NCBI RefSeq assembly: GCF_947568905.1 | Contig: NC_079169.1 | Location: forward strand, 58,652,001-58,716,000 | Direction of reading: 5' to 3' | Length of the DNA: 64,000 bases | Source of the DNA: Ostrea edulis | Taxonomy: Eukaryota | In this document: positions 33,460 through 46,168 of the stretch, piece by piece | Position numbering within the stretch: position 1 is the first letter of the stretch | Layout of the letters: each line of letters opens with the position of its first letter | Translations under genes and position numbers: made by a program | The notes under the pieces: model-generated | Databases searched by the model: none | Seen by the model: only the letters and a program-made list of their open reading frames with translations | What the model was told of the DNA's origin: nothing

Positions 33460-33594
33460 TGTCACGGGTCCTCGGAGATGCCCTTAAAAACGGATGTCCC
33501 ATGTCACAATAGGTGTGGCACGCTAAAGAACCCTCACTGCTCAATGGCCGTAAGCGCCGAGCATAGGCCTAAATTTGAAGCCCTTCACCGGTCT

Positions 33595-33629
<35 letters not shown>

Positions 33630-33664
33630 CGAGACGTTAAGCAAGATACAATCAATCAATCAAT
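33460..33664 (+). mobile_element. SINE 3' half
   Basis: taggtgtggcacgctaaagaaccctcactgctc..gtgaaaaattctcgagcgagacgttaagcaagatacaatcaatcaatc. Confidence 0.75.
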
Positions 33665-34849
33665 CTTCGAAAAGAAACGTAATAAATACAGACATGGAAG
33701 CTCAAAAGGTCGACATTCTCAGGGGGGAGGGGTATCATTTGGTGTCATTTCAAGCTTAGTACCTTGTGTTATTATTAATATACAGACGTCATAACTTATT
33801 TACATAAACAAGTGCCTGTATGCTGTATACATGTATATGAAATCCATACCCCATCCTTGCAGGAAGGATCAGACTATTTGATTTTCTTCATCAATTCTTT
33901 ATATTAACACATTACCTATGGGAGTAGCAATGTAATTAAAATGCCATCCTCAACGATATACTAGTATCGCTGGTTTGTATACATGAATTTCGCAATCATA
34001 TTTCATATACAAAAATGTACATATACGCAGTTTCTGAGGAACCCTATAGTTGTTTCCCTTTGTTGAACTCTTGCATAAGGCGAGACACAAAATATATTTT
34101 GGTTACAAATGATTATTGCGCAGTTCATCAGCTTAGAGGACAACCACCAACTGCAGGAACATATAAATTAAGTAAGTTTATGAATATTGAAGAAACAAAA
34201 CTCGAAATTCATCACCTTTTTTTTTTTGTTAAAAGTATCGATATTGTCGAAAAGGGAATGAATGATACATATTTTAAAAAATTCAACGGCTTATTCGAAT
34301 TTTTATTTATATGTCAGTTTAATGTATACCACCGGCTAAGATGAACAAAATACACACTTTCATAACTTTAATTATCCACAAAACCAGTCTCTCATCTGTA
34401 CTCACCATTCTTTAGCGATCATTAGAATACCGAATGTACCTCCATCACAGAAGAGCTGATATCTTCCTAGCCCATTTATAGAATACAGTAAGAGTTTATG
34501 CATGTTAATAAATACCAATATCCATTAATAGAAATATCCTGCAGCGATGCATCCATATTCGTATTTAGAATTAATTGGTGCATTCATGTGAGACAATCGA
34601 TCTATCGAAATGAATAAATACGCGGCCTAATAGAGAGTCAACAGAATGGGATACAGATATATGTGGATAAGGTTGCAAGCAATTTTATCATCATTGGCGA
34701 CATACGAACGATCAGAACAGACAAGTAGACAAGATTCATCTTCGGTAATTAATTAAACTTTTTTTCCAAAAATGAATTATTTAAGATTTGAAATACATAT
34801 CTCATAATTATCTTTATTTTTTAAAGGTGAAAATAGAAAAATTCCAACG

Positions 34850-35941
34850 ATGGAATATGAAAATGCCGAGAATAAACCGACAACGTCTCCAGGGAATCGC
34901 AGCGACTTTGTTAATGCTACGGATAAAGCTATGTACTTATTTGAGGATAAGGAATACAGAGGCGTCATTGAAGTTATTTGTACGTTTCTGACGGTGGTTG
35001 GTGTCTGTGGAAACATTACCACTTTCTTCACGACAATTTGCAAAAAACGGTTACATTCTGTAACGTACACTGTGGTTGCTTGTTTGACACTTCCTGACGC
35101 CATCAGCCTCGTTCTGGGATACTGCTTCATCTATCGGTTCCAGGATGAAGTCTTCCTTAATTCGTACATCCTCAGGTTAGTGATTAGAGGAGTAGGCATG
35201 GCGGCAGAACATGGAAGTGCAGCTCACATGGTTTTTCTGGCGGCAATTCGGTGTTTGTTAATTGCCAAACCCCTATGGTGTCACGCCAACCTGAGACCAA
35301 AAAACATTATCGTTGTGTCAGCCTTCCTCTGGTTTTACAGTGTTTGTTTTGCTTCGGGACTGGTAACTATAGTGTACCTCTATCAACATGGTTATTTTGA
35401 TCGACAGACAATGCTGTACATATTTTTTGGACTTTCAATCTATTTATTTTTTCTACCACCTGTATTGATATTTATCTTCCACTGCTTAAAAGTGCGGGCT
35501 GTCAAGAAGTCTATGGCCGTACAAAGATCTTCATTGAGTTCTCAAATGTCAAGAGTGTTCTTGGTGATTTTAATTGCATACATTGCAACCTGTACGGCTG
35601 ATTTGGCGTATCAAATAATAAGTTTAAGAAAAAATTTATTTAAAGCCTCTTTTGAGCTAGATAAAATAATGTTTTATTTACAGTATGGTATGTATGTTCT
35701 ATGGATGATCCATTACTCTTTGAATCCCTTCATATATTTTTTCATCTCCCCTCCAGTTAAAACCCTCCTTCAGAAATTATGTGCAGGAAGTATTTTACCA
35801 CGGGGTTCAAATACTATCAAACACAGGAGTAGTTACGTAGTGAGTGGTGAAAATATATCTGCCTCTTCCAAGAATTCTGTCACGTTTTCAACCGACTCGA
35901 ACACTGTGTTAAAGGATTATTTTCTACGAAATACACCGTAG
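34850..35941 (+). CDS. Class A (rhodopsin-like) orphan GPCR, 363 aa, single coding exon, atypical motifs
   Basis: Seven hydrophobic helices; TM1 GN, TM2 LxxxD, TM3 IRC, TM4 W, TM5 P, TM7 NPFIY. N-terminal sequons NRS and NAT. Possible 5' UTR intron at 34745-34826. Confidence 0.9.
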   Translation: MEYENAENKPTTSPGNRSDFVNATDKAMYLFEDKEYRGVIEVICTFLTVVGVCGNITTFFTTICKKRLHSVTYTVVACLTLPDAISLVLGYCFIYRFQDEVFLNSYILRLVIRGVGMAAEHGSAAHMVFLAAIRCLLIAKPLWCHANLRPKNIIVVSAFLWFYSVCFASGLVTIVYLYQHGYFDRQTMLYIFFGLSIYLFFLPPVLIFIFHCLKVRAVKKSMAVQRSSLSSQMSRVFLVILIAYIATCTADLAYQIISLRKNLFKASFELDKIMFYLQYGMYVLWMIHYSLNPFIYFFISPPVKTLLQKLCAGSILPRGSNTIKHRSSYVVSGENISASSKNSVTFSTDSNTVLKDYFLRNTP

Positions 35942-36789
35942 GTTTTACCATTGATAGCAAGTATGTAATTAAAATTACGAGATATTCTCATATACTGTAA
36001 GTATTCATTTACCAGCCAACATTTTTAAAACTTCGACAAACCGACTGGCGATCAAAGAGTAGTTTTCTTGTAAAGTCTTATAATCTGGGTGATAAAAATA
36101 CGGAACACGACTAATGACATGAAAATACTCAAATTCTCACATATACCTTAAAGCATGCTGTATGATAGTCCGAGTAATAAATTAAAAATGACAATGAATT
36201 ATTTCATTATCGGCCATCAGGAGACGGGCGATTATATGGTATGATTTTAGAAAGACGACCGTGATTTACTGCAGGCCTACATTATAAGATAATAGATTTA
36301 ATTATAAATATATAGTCATCATTGTTATTTGATTATTCTATTAAATTAAATTACAGTAGTTACATATATTTAATCACGATTTTGATAAATTTCAGTATAC
36401 GGAATCTGTTATTTTCGCGCTGAAAGAGACAATTTAAATTTATTATTTTATTTCAAGTAATCAGTAGTTCGTAGTACTTATGTTCTATATTTGTTGTGCG
36501 CTGTGGGGTTTTTTCTCTCTTCTGTATTCATACGTTACTTAAAACAATGTTCATTAGAAATTGAAATAGCTATTTTTCATACCTAAATACATTCTATATA
36601 TGAGATTTTGTTTTACTTTCTTTAGAGATAAAAGCTATTCACAGTAGCACAATGGGATTTTATCTAATGCAATGACATATCATCTAAAATGTGAACAGTA
36701 CCCTTAGAAAGAACTATAGTGAAACACTAATGCAGGGAAAAAATAAGCTTCGATATAAAAACATGAAGGCATCTAAATGGTTTGCTTTA

Positions 36790-36945
36790 CATAGTTTTAA
36801 TAGTTAACATGGGTGCTTACTCCCAAGCAACCTGATCCCATTTCCGATATTTCCAGGGGTTTCTTATGTACCGTACTCTCAATCTCATATTCTTTATGGT
36901 ATTTATGAGATTGATCACTGTTCGTAATCTTCAGTTTATCACTTT
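36790..36945 (+). mobile_element. Diverged Naiad-type PLE 3' end
   Basis: tgcttactccc..acctgatccca..atgagattgatcactgttcg. Confidence 0.6.
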
Positions 36946-38689
36946 ACCAAGTTTTAATATTTACCAAATAGTTGCGGCCGGATTTGACTCTTGCGTCAAT
37001 AAGTTTTCTTATAACTTGTTATGATCCCATTATGCCGACATATGCCTGTTGAGAGCACAGGACAGCTATATTGGTGAAATATAATAATGTACATATATTT
37101 TGTCCGTCTACAGTTTTTATTTCTTGTTTGAGGTACCATAATGTAATATGAAATTGTCTTTTATTGTCTGTCGAGAAACTGTGCATGTTTTTACCTTGCT
37201 GTTTTGTATATACCCCCTCCCCAGTAAACCCTTGATTGAGGAATAAATTATTTATCTACATGTATTTGTCTTATGTCCTGACTAAACTACGGACAACTAT
37301 AGAACTTTACATGTACAGAAAAGTGGCAACTCCCTTACCAACCTACCCCTATTTTTGAACAATGGAAACAATTTTGTTACTCCAAACTATTCCGCACGCG
37401 ACTATTTTATGAACACGCTGCTTCTTGTTTCTAGTCCATACAATTAACTTGTTTTGTGCAATTGTCTGTGAATCCTGACAACACAAATTATTGATTCTTA
37501 AATCATTTGTTCCGTGTGTACCCATGTAAATATATACAACGCTACAGAAAATAAGCTATAATTAAATCGAACTGTTCTTTAGCGAGGTCTAGTGTCATAG
37601 CCCTCATTATACATGTACATGCACACTACTACGTAATTGACATCAATGCGTCCACTTTTAAGTTTTTCTATATATAATCAACTCAAAATTATTACTTTCC
37701 TAACCTATATTAATCAAATTATACTAACGATCAAAAACTGCATCATAACTAAACAACTATAATATTCAAATTTTCATATATTTTTTTACCTTCTATATTT
37801 TTACCAATTGAAATGATAGCCATTTCCTCATGAATGTGAACAATGTGCGTTTGAATCGTGATAAATATAGTAAAACTATTTTAACGATTGAGAATATTCC
37901 AACAGAATTAAATAAAAGTAAAATGTAAATATAAAAAATATAAATTTCATTTTCGAAAATACTCGAGGATAAGAACAGCAACGCATCACGTCAGCATACT
38001 TTTCATGAAGCTCGTCAGCGGCCCTGTGTATGCCATTATGTATTCACAAATGAAAATTATTTCTTAGATATCTGTAAGGGCACCAGCTCAAGGTTTTTGT
38101 TCGACCCTTGAAAACGATTGTGAAAAACAGAGAGCTATTAATGTCTTAGTTCCCATTGTCTTATCTACATGTATGTAACTGTTAATCAAAACTTTTAAAA
38201 TCGTTATTTAGAATTATGGTCTAGTACAGCTTTGGTCTAATTTGGCTCAACCCACAAAACTTCATCCGAATATTCAATATTAACGTATCATTTCAACGTA
38301 ATATATGTACCTATACCGCCATTTGTCACGAGAGCGAATATAAGCAGTTAAAACTGAATATTTTTCTTTGCAAAATACATGCACATTTATACGTATGTAC
38401 GAGCATTATATCGTCAATTCACCCACTCTCATTGATTACCAAGCATAAAGTACGGCAGACCTCTGTTTAGTATCTAAAAAATTTAATTGTTTCTTGCTGA
38501 CAAAACTCGCGATATTTATCAATAGCGTCAATAAATCGTGCACTCCTACATAATTAATTAACACTACGCCCTTCGTATACGATATGCTATGTAATCAAAG
38601 ATTTAATAATTACCCATAAAATACTGATTTGTAAAAGCAGTGGCAGATTTAGAGGGATACGAATTCGCCATATGCTCGGGGTTTAGAAG

Positions 38690-38885
38690 CGAGAATCACG
38701 GGTCTCGTGGATATAACCTTTAAAAGCAGATCTTATATACTGCCAGGCGTTGACACGTTAAGAAACCCTCAGTGATATGGTCATAAACGCCAATCTTAAG
38801 TTCGAATATGTGGAACGTCTTTTAAAGCTGATGGCGTCTCGTTATTTATGAAAATCCTAGCTAGAAGTGGCGTAAAACAAACACT
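38690..38885 (+). mobile_element. Diverged SINE fragment
   Basis: ggcgttgacacgttaagaaaccctcagtg..ggcgtaaaacaaac resembles the SINE family central and tail regions. Confidence 0.5.
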
Positions 38886-39787
38886 AAACAAACATAGTTT
38901 ACCTCGAAATGATTGAGTGTACACAGAAATGATTGAGTGTACACAGAATTACCGTTAAAGGTGTGCAGCGTTTGTCATTTACAGGTTTCGGGAATTTGAT
39001 GCACCTATCAGTTATCCATATATAAGGACCCAACATAAGGCTTCATTTAGAAAAGAAAGAAGTGCATCTATCAGATTTAGGACACTATACATGTATTTTC
39101 ATCCACATTTTTGAGAATGCATTGGATCATTTCATTCGGTGTAAATTTACTTCACTGAATTTCCCTTAATGCGTGTCATGTACTTATTTCGTGTGTTTGT
39201 ACAAGTTGTAATGCAATTTGCATTTCTTATCATACAGTGTCATAGGGTGTGATTTGTACCGTTTAGTATTCTAGTTATTTGGTGTGAATTATAATAAAAC
39301 GCATTGCACCAATGGAGAGCTCTACTGTATTTTAGTGTGTGACGGTTTTGTATAGCAGCCTTTCCCCCATAGTAGCTTTACCCCCGGAAAAATGGCTATA
39401 TAGTAGCCTTTCCCCATAGGGGGAAAGTCTACTATATAGTAGGTCTTCCCCCATAGCAGGGTTCCCCCCTCACGTTTTTTGGTTTTGATTTTAGAAAACA
39501 GATTATGGAAAGTCAATCAGGCTTTGTACAACAAATATTGATATTGCATAGATCTGAGTATCGAAGAGTGTATGTTGCCGATAGTTTTAATGTAGATACA
39601 TGTATTTTCATAGAGATACATTTTAGAGATACACATGTAATTAACGGTGTTACTGAGAAAGTATAAAACATGCGAAATTATATATAAATTCATAAAAAAC
39701 ATTTTGTGGAAAACAAAGAGTAAGCCCACTTACAATCTTTATGTTCAATGATGTTCTGCAGTCTTAATTGTATCGATATTTTGAATT

Positions 39788-40693
39788 AACAAGAGGCTAA
39801 TAGGCCTTGACGGTCACCTGAGCCCATGCATGAAACTGTCTGAAAGGCTCTCATCACAATCTCCCAAAGCCTTTACAATTGAAATATTTGGTAGACTGCA
39901 ATATGTAACCTCTTTACAAAAGCATTCAGTGTTCAATGTCTCAATATATTTTGGCAGATTAATTGACGGAATTTCAGACACGACCACCCCCCTCCAGCAA
40001 AGTCTTTCCCCAAAAGTATTACTCGGGTAGGCAGCATCTGGATCACCTCATCTTTCATCTTTTTATTTATCTAGTTTTCATTTAACATCAGAAGAACTAG
40101 ACATAAGGTTTTAAGCATTATAAACATTAACTCTCTTGGACCATCCCCCCTCCCCCTCCTGAAACCCTGCAACCTGGTTTACAAAATAAACAATTTTGTT
40201 AGATCATGAAATTTACAATTTTGTTAGAGGTTTCCTTGCCCATCATTACTATATGCTCAGTTTGTCTCTTATTTGCTTAGTAGTAGAGAAGCTTTTTAAA
40301 GGAATTGTCACTATATAACTAATATGGTCATGCCCTAACACAGGAACCCCTGCCCGGGGGTCATGAAATTTACAATTTTGGTATAGAGACTTTCTGGCTC
40401 ATCATTACTATATATTCAGTTAGTCTGCTAAATGCCTAGGAGTAGAGAAATCTTTTAAAGAACTGCATTAATTTTACAGTTTTTACCCCAACATTAAGGC
40501 CCATTGGGATGGTGGGTCATGAAATTTACATTTTCTGGTTCCCTTCTCCTACAGATGTTACATATCAAATTGGGTAAAGATTGGTGCAGTAGTTTTTGAG
40601 AAGTTGTTAACACTGGATGGACGATGGACAAGGGACGACGACTGACGCAGACCAATAGCAATAGGTCACCAGAGTGACCCAGGTGAACTAAAA
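39788..40693 (+). mobile_element. HINE (Helentron-type non-autonomous element)
   Basis: aacaagagg..ggtcacctgag 5' end, internal ~170-bp repeats, gacg-rich tract, and 3' hairpin ggtcacc..ggtga-ctaaaa. Confidence 0.65.
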
Positions 40694-41094
40694 TGTTTAT
40701 TATAAATGGTATTTATAAGATGTTATACTGAGTTCATTTAAGACTTTAAACTGTATCGGAGAACAGTTACGTAATTTATGTTCCAAAAATGTCTCCTCAA
40801 GTATCAAGGTATTAGCATTTTACAAGGAGACAAACTAGGGAGGAAATTAGTGAATCTCTTATATTCAGCTTTAGATGAATATTTATAGGATTTCCAGTTG
40901 CATTCTACAAATGAGTTTGAAACATTCAAGAATAGTCACTTTTTCATTTTATTTGTAAAAGAATATTAACAAAATTAAATAAAATCCACAAATCAGAGAA
41001 AAACGCACGTGAATGTATGTGCAGGACTGCAATTTTAACACTTGAATAATTCTATCCGATAATTTTATAAATTGTTATATGAAACTTAAAAAGT

Positions 41095-41304
41095 AACACG
41101 AGGCCCATAAGCAACATTGCTCACCTGAGCAGCAGGTCCTAGCAATAAACAAGCTTGAGTAAAACTATTATTATCATTATCATTATACTAGTACTTTGAT
41201 TCAGAAAAAAAATTCAAAGGTAACAACACAAAATTCATTATTTGATTATTATATCCCCCTGTAGAGGCCCTATAACCCTTCATTTAAACAGATTTAATCT
41301 AAGA

Positions 41305-41342
<38 letters not shown>

Positions 41343-41453
41343 GTTTGGAGAAGAATTTGAAAAGTCGTCAATGCATTTTTACTATTTTGCTGTTATTGTG
41401 GTCCATCGTTTAAATAACTTTGAATCCCCATTACCCCAGGTAGCTTTGTATCT

Positions 41454-41492
<39 letters not shown>

Positions 41493-41566
41493 TCGAAAAT
41501 GTGGAAAGGTTACAGACAGACGACGGACAAGAGGTGATCAGAAAAGCTCAATTGAGCGAGCTAAAA
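41095..41566 (+). mobile_element. HINE (Helentron-type non-autonomous element)
   Basis: aacacgaggccc..attgctcacctgag 5' end; acagacagacgacggac tract; aagctcaattgagcgagctaaaa 3' end. Confidence 0.65.
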
Positions 41567-42744
41567 ACGTTTTAGGAATGCATACTAAAAATCAAAACTT
41601 TTCCAGATTATTCTTCGTATAGGAATAAAATATGATGACGTTGTCCATCTGTCAGATTCACAATCATCTATGGAGAAATTATGTAAACGAATATGTATAA
41701 ATCAAAGTACTGACAGTACAGCTGCGACTGAGTTGCACCGCCTGGAATAATTACGATTATATCGATAACATATTCACATCTATTAATCCACCAATGACCC
41801 GAGAACAGTTGGGGGAAAAGTTTCCTCTCAAAAACATCTAATTCGATTGAAAAATCCTACTTCCCCCTAATGAGGTGTAAAGAATCATGTCTGGCGAGAG
41901 AGCGAGTTGATTCCTTAGTAACGGGAATTTGGAATCAGGGGTAGGCAACCAACAGAATTGTACAATTTAAGTTTACTCCACTATCTGTATGAAAAGTTTT
42001 TGTGTTTATCAATTGGAGAGAGTCAATTTTGATTCCTTGAACGATAAATACTTATCCGTTTAATTAACAAATTCTGAGTTGCCTAAATAGGTGCTGTTTT
42101 AAAAGCACGAACTATTCTGATTTTACATTCTAAATACGTATATGATTGTCTTTCATAACATTCGACTGAATGAAACGATGTTTGTTGAATTAATACATAT
42201 TTCCAAAAATCCCAATCAAGGGAATTCGGAAATTAACTATCCATTTAGGATATAAAAGAAATGAATTGCCAGAAAAGGATTAATTTGAGAATGGAAAGAA
42301 TATGTATGGGAATGGTCCGCCGTAAACGTAACCGGAATGAAAGGAAGGGGGAAATTTACTATATAGTAGGTTTTCCGTAGGGGTCATCTGGCTATAAAAG
42401 GGGGGAACTCCTACTATATAGCCACATTTCCATGGGGGAAGATCTACTATATAGCCATTTTTCCGGGAGGAAAAACTACTATATAGCCATTTTTCCGGGG
42501 GAGGGAGGGGAGATGGCTAGGGGGAAAGGCTACTATACAACAACGGACGGGTCCAGCGACTGTGTCCCTTGATCAATTAGGCATAATTTTGCATACGGAG
42601 GAAAATACAAACCATAAAGTACAAAATATTGTATAACTGTTACCGAAATTAAAAACGATTTTGCTAGATTTAAAATATGAGAAATTTAAGCTAAAGTGCC
42701 AGCAATAAAGTTACATGTAATTTCTAATACTACCTATTTCTGAT

Positions 42745-43185
42745 GATTGTGAAAGGTGATGATAACGAGCAGTGATCCATCTTATAACTCCTATAAGCCA
42801 TACAAAATAGAGAGCCGGGCAAACATGGATCCCTGAATACACCAGATATGGGATCAGGTGCCTAGGAGGAGTATGCATCCCCTGTCGAGCGGTCACACTC
42901 GTCATGAGCCTTATATCTTGGATCATTGACTACGAAGTTATCCGTAGTCAAAATTAGTGTGCTAAGTACGGCCTAACAATCGGTATGAAACAAGTTAGAC
43001 AGCATTTGACCCAACGATAGGTTGTATTGGCAATATAAATTGTTATAACGACCATATAATTTGCGAAATGCTGACTTTCAACGAGACTGTTGAACCCCCT
43101 GCACCATCAACTTGTTTGTCAGCAGCCTGCCTCGATTTAAAAACCGATCATACGCAGAACAAGCTCTTGCGTATCGAATCAGTTG
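42745..43185 (-). mobile_element. Naiad-type PLE 3' fragment
   Basis: Reverse complement of the RT C-terminus and family 3' UTR. Confidence 0.75.
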
Positions 43186-43439
43186 AGAGATTAAAAAGAA
43201 AGTTAACGAAGTTACATATCAATACATAAAGATATAAATCAATGTAGAATAAAGACTCTCTAAAAGGATGAAAGTTCATTGCGGGTCTAGCTCGAAATTC
43301 AAAACAACGAATATACAAAAATAATCTCGAACATAAGAGAGCAATTATTCGTAAATTGGATTGAGGGGTACTAGGTAAGTCATACATAAACTGTGCATTA
43401 CACAATATCACTGAGTTCTTTTCTCTGTGTTCCTTATAT

Positions 43440-43833
43440 CAGGAGCGGATCCAGGAAATGTAGTTACGGGGGGCGCCACTTTATGAGGCAGTGGGTCCAG
43501 GGCGAAGCCCCCGGAGGCTCCTGGATTTTACAGATTTTATGGGGCTTGAAATATTTCTCCTATTAAGTCATTTGTACTATTTTCTATCATTTTAACAAGG
43601 TGAAATTAATAAAATGACCCAAATTTTAAGGGGTTTTTGGGAAAAATTAGGTTCCCCCAATAAAGTAATTCAAGAAATCAAAGGATTTTGTCATTTATTT
43701 TTCTGGGAGTGGAAGAAATCATTGCTTCTTTTATCGTTTAGTACATTTTCCGAAACAAGATACCGCGATTTACCTTAAATTTGAAACTTTTAGGGGGGGG
43801 GGGGCGGCTGCGCCCCCTCTAAATCCGCCACTG
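43440..43833 (+). mobile_element. MITE with CAG-GGCGGAT termini and 5-bp TSD (copy 1)
   Basis: caggagcggatcc..aaatccgccactg, flanked by tatat/tatat. Interior is shared with 59933-60317. Confidence 0.75.
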
Positions 43834-44460
43834 TATATCATAATAAGTCAAGGTAAATAAAATACTAATGCAACTGTCATTACTTAAGACTTAAAGCTTG
43901 ACGGGAGTACATTTACAAACTTGATCAACTGCAATTAAGTAATAACTGCGAAATTCAACATTTGTACAGCTTGTCATTGTTAAGTAAATATAGAAAGTAT
44001 ACTCAGTCATACATTACATAGTCCTTTAATTGAGATCATGATTCCCTGTCTCTTTGTGGACGATGTGAGTACGTCCTCAGCTGGTTCTGTATGGGTGTCC
44101 AGAGTTCCTGAATCCTCGGGTTGTGGAGGGGTTGACAGTACATGTACATCATATATTGGGAAAGGTTCAGTATCGGTAATGGTTCAGTATTATGTGTTTC
44201 TTGTGGAATAGGAGTTCCATCTGACAAAGAATAAATGGATTTATGATCATTATATTGCTCCTGTTTCTTAGCGATACCACCGTCCGTGTCGTAGTCACCG
44301 GGAAACGAGTGTTCGGTTTTGTTCTTGATGGGACGCAGTAACATTTTCCAGTCTTGACTTTGTACGAGTTAGCTCTGAGTTGATAGCCTGAGAACTTTTA
44401 TATATATTATATATAAACAAAGTGTTTAGAGTTTTTTCTGTATTTTACTTCCAAAAAAGA

Positions 44461-44464
<4 letters not shown>

Positions 44465-44516
<52 letters not shown>
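44465..44516. repeat. (TA)n microsatellite
   Basis: Direct observation. Confidence 0.95.
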
Positions 44517-44519
<3 letters not shown>

Positions 44520-45271
44520 CACAAACAAACAATTATAACACCTAACCTTACGTTTACCCCTAGGATCTAAACGATACATGTGAAAATCAATTAATTAATA
44601 TATAAAGCACTAAATAATCACAACTAGGTACTGAAAATTTTCGCCCCAGCCCGGGGTCGAACCTGTGATTATTTAGTGCTTTATATATGTAGCCTCGGAT
44701 GTATGACAGTAAGTTATATGTAGCTACGACGAACATTTGCAATGCGGTCGTCCATTTACGCTCCCGGAAAAACTTCCACTTTCAGAACGTAGTGATTAAA
44801 ATATGTTTTTTGAATTGAATTTATCGAGTTTTCGATAGAAAACTATCCTCTATTTCGAGAAAAAAAATCCCAATAATTATCAAAGAGAAATACATGTAGT
44901 TACAAACATTGAGAGTGTTATAAAAATGTTTAAAATGGACTATATTTCGCGGGAGCTGTCAGTTGATCACTGACGTAAACATGTTGTTATACGTCACTGT
45001 ATACATACTATGGCGGAAAACATCAATATATCCGAGGTTAGATGGAATCGACCGAGGTGATCCGAGTGTCATCAGCTATGGATACCACAATCTACTTGGA
45101 AGGTGTTTTGTTTAATCTCTATCTGAGAACAGGGTAGTTGTGCAGATGTCTGATCGACATATTTAGTGGGGAACTTCTTTAGAAATGAACATTTGTGGTA
45201 CAAGTAGCATACCTGATTTATCGACAGTGACAAATCCAGTGTATATACATTTCTTTTCACTAATTGAAGTA

Positions 45272-45572
45272 TCTGGTGTTTGGATGGGTGGTAGTAGCAT
45301 CTGATGTTTGAATGGGTGTTAAAAGCATCTGATGTTTGAATGGGTGTTAAAAGCATCTGATGTTTGAATGGGTGTCAAAAGCATCTGGTGTTTGGATGGG
45401 TGTTAGAAGCATCTGGTGTTTGGATGGGTGGTAGAAGCATCTGGTGTTTGGATGGGTGGTAGAAGGATCTGGTGTTTGGATGGGTGGTAGAAGCATCTGG
45501 TGTTTGGATGGGTGGTAGAAGCATCTGGTGTTTGGATGGGTGTTAGAAGCATCTGGTGTTTGGATGGGTGTT
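45272..45572. repeat. 28-bp minisatellite (agcatctggtgtttggatgggtggtaga, ~11 copies) inside the Gypsy integrase
   Basis: The unit on minus encodes HPSKHQ; integrase coding resumes on both sides. Confidence 0.9.
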
Positions 45573-45902
45573 CTTGACAAATATGGAGCACAGTAACACG
45601 GTCATCTAGGAGAGTACGTGGAACAATTATGATGAGTTCGGTAGATGGTCTGATGAATGAGCCATCAGTAATCAATCTCTTGCAATTGGTGACATATATT
45701 AAGATAGCGCTTAACGTCTTTGATGTTTGTGAACTTCTTTGAGGGCCTAGTTCATTGTTTCAAGTGAGCATGGGCTCTTATCAAATCTGGGCATTCTGTT
45801 TGGATGCTTATTCAAACGGACCTGGTCAAGAAGGGCAAGGATTGCAGAGTTACGTACGGATCGCACAATACCATGTTCTGTTTTTAATTATGAAGTTACA
45901 GA

Positions 45903-46168
45903 TCTGATTGATTGTATATTGTTTAACGTCCCGCTTGAGAATTTTTCACTAATATGGTGACGTCACCATTGCCGGTGAAGGGCTACAAAATTTAGGCATA
46001 TGCTCGGCGCTTACGGCACCTGAGCACGGAGGGATCTTTATCGTGCCACACCTGCTGTGACACGGGACCTCGGTTTTTGTGGTCTCATCCGAAGGACCGT
46101 CCTATTTAATCGCCTCTTACGACAAACAAGGGGTACTGAGGACCTATCCTAACCCGGATCCCCACGGG
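45903..46168 (-). mobile_element. tRNA-derived SINE (5'-truncated) inserted in the Gypsy element
   Basis: gattgattgattg..aacgtcccg..gagaatttttcact..cgtgccacacctg: reverse complement of the SINE family. Confidence 0.75.

Noticed and set aside
39340-42546. Inverted ggggaaaggctactata repeats as the ends of one 3.2-kb transposon
   Set aside because: No TSD was found. These are more simply two independent fragments of one repeat family.
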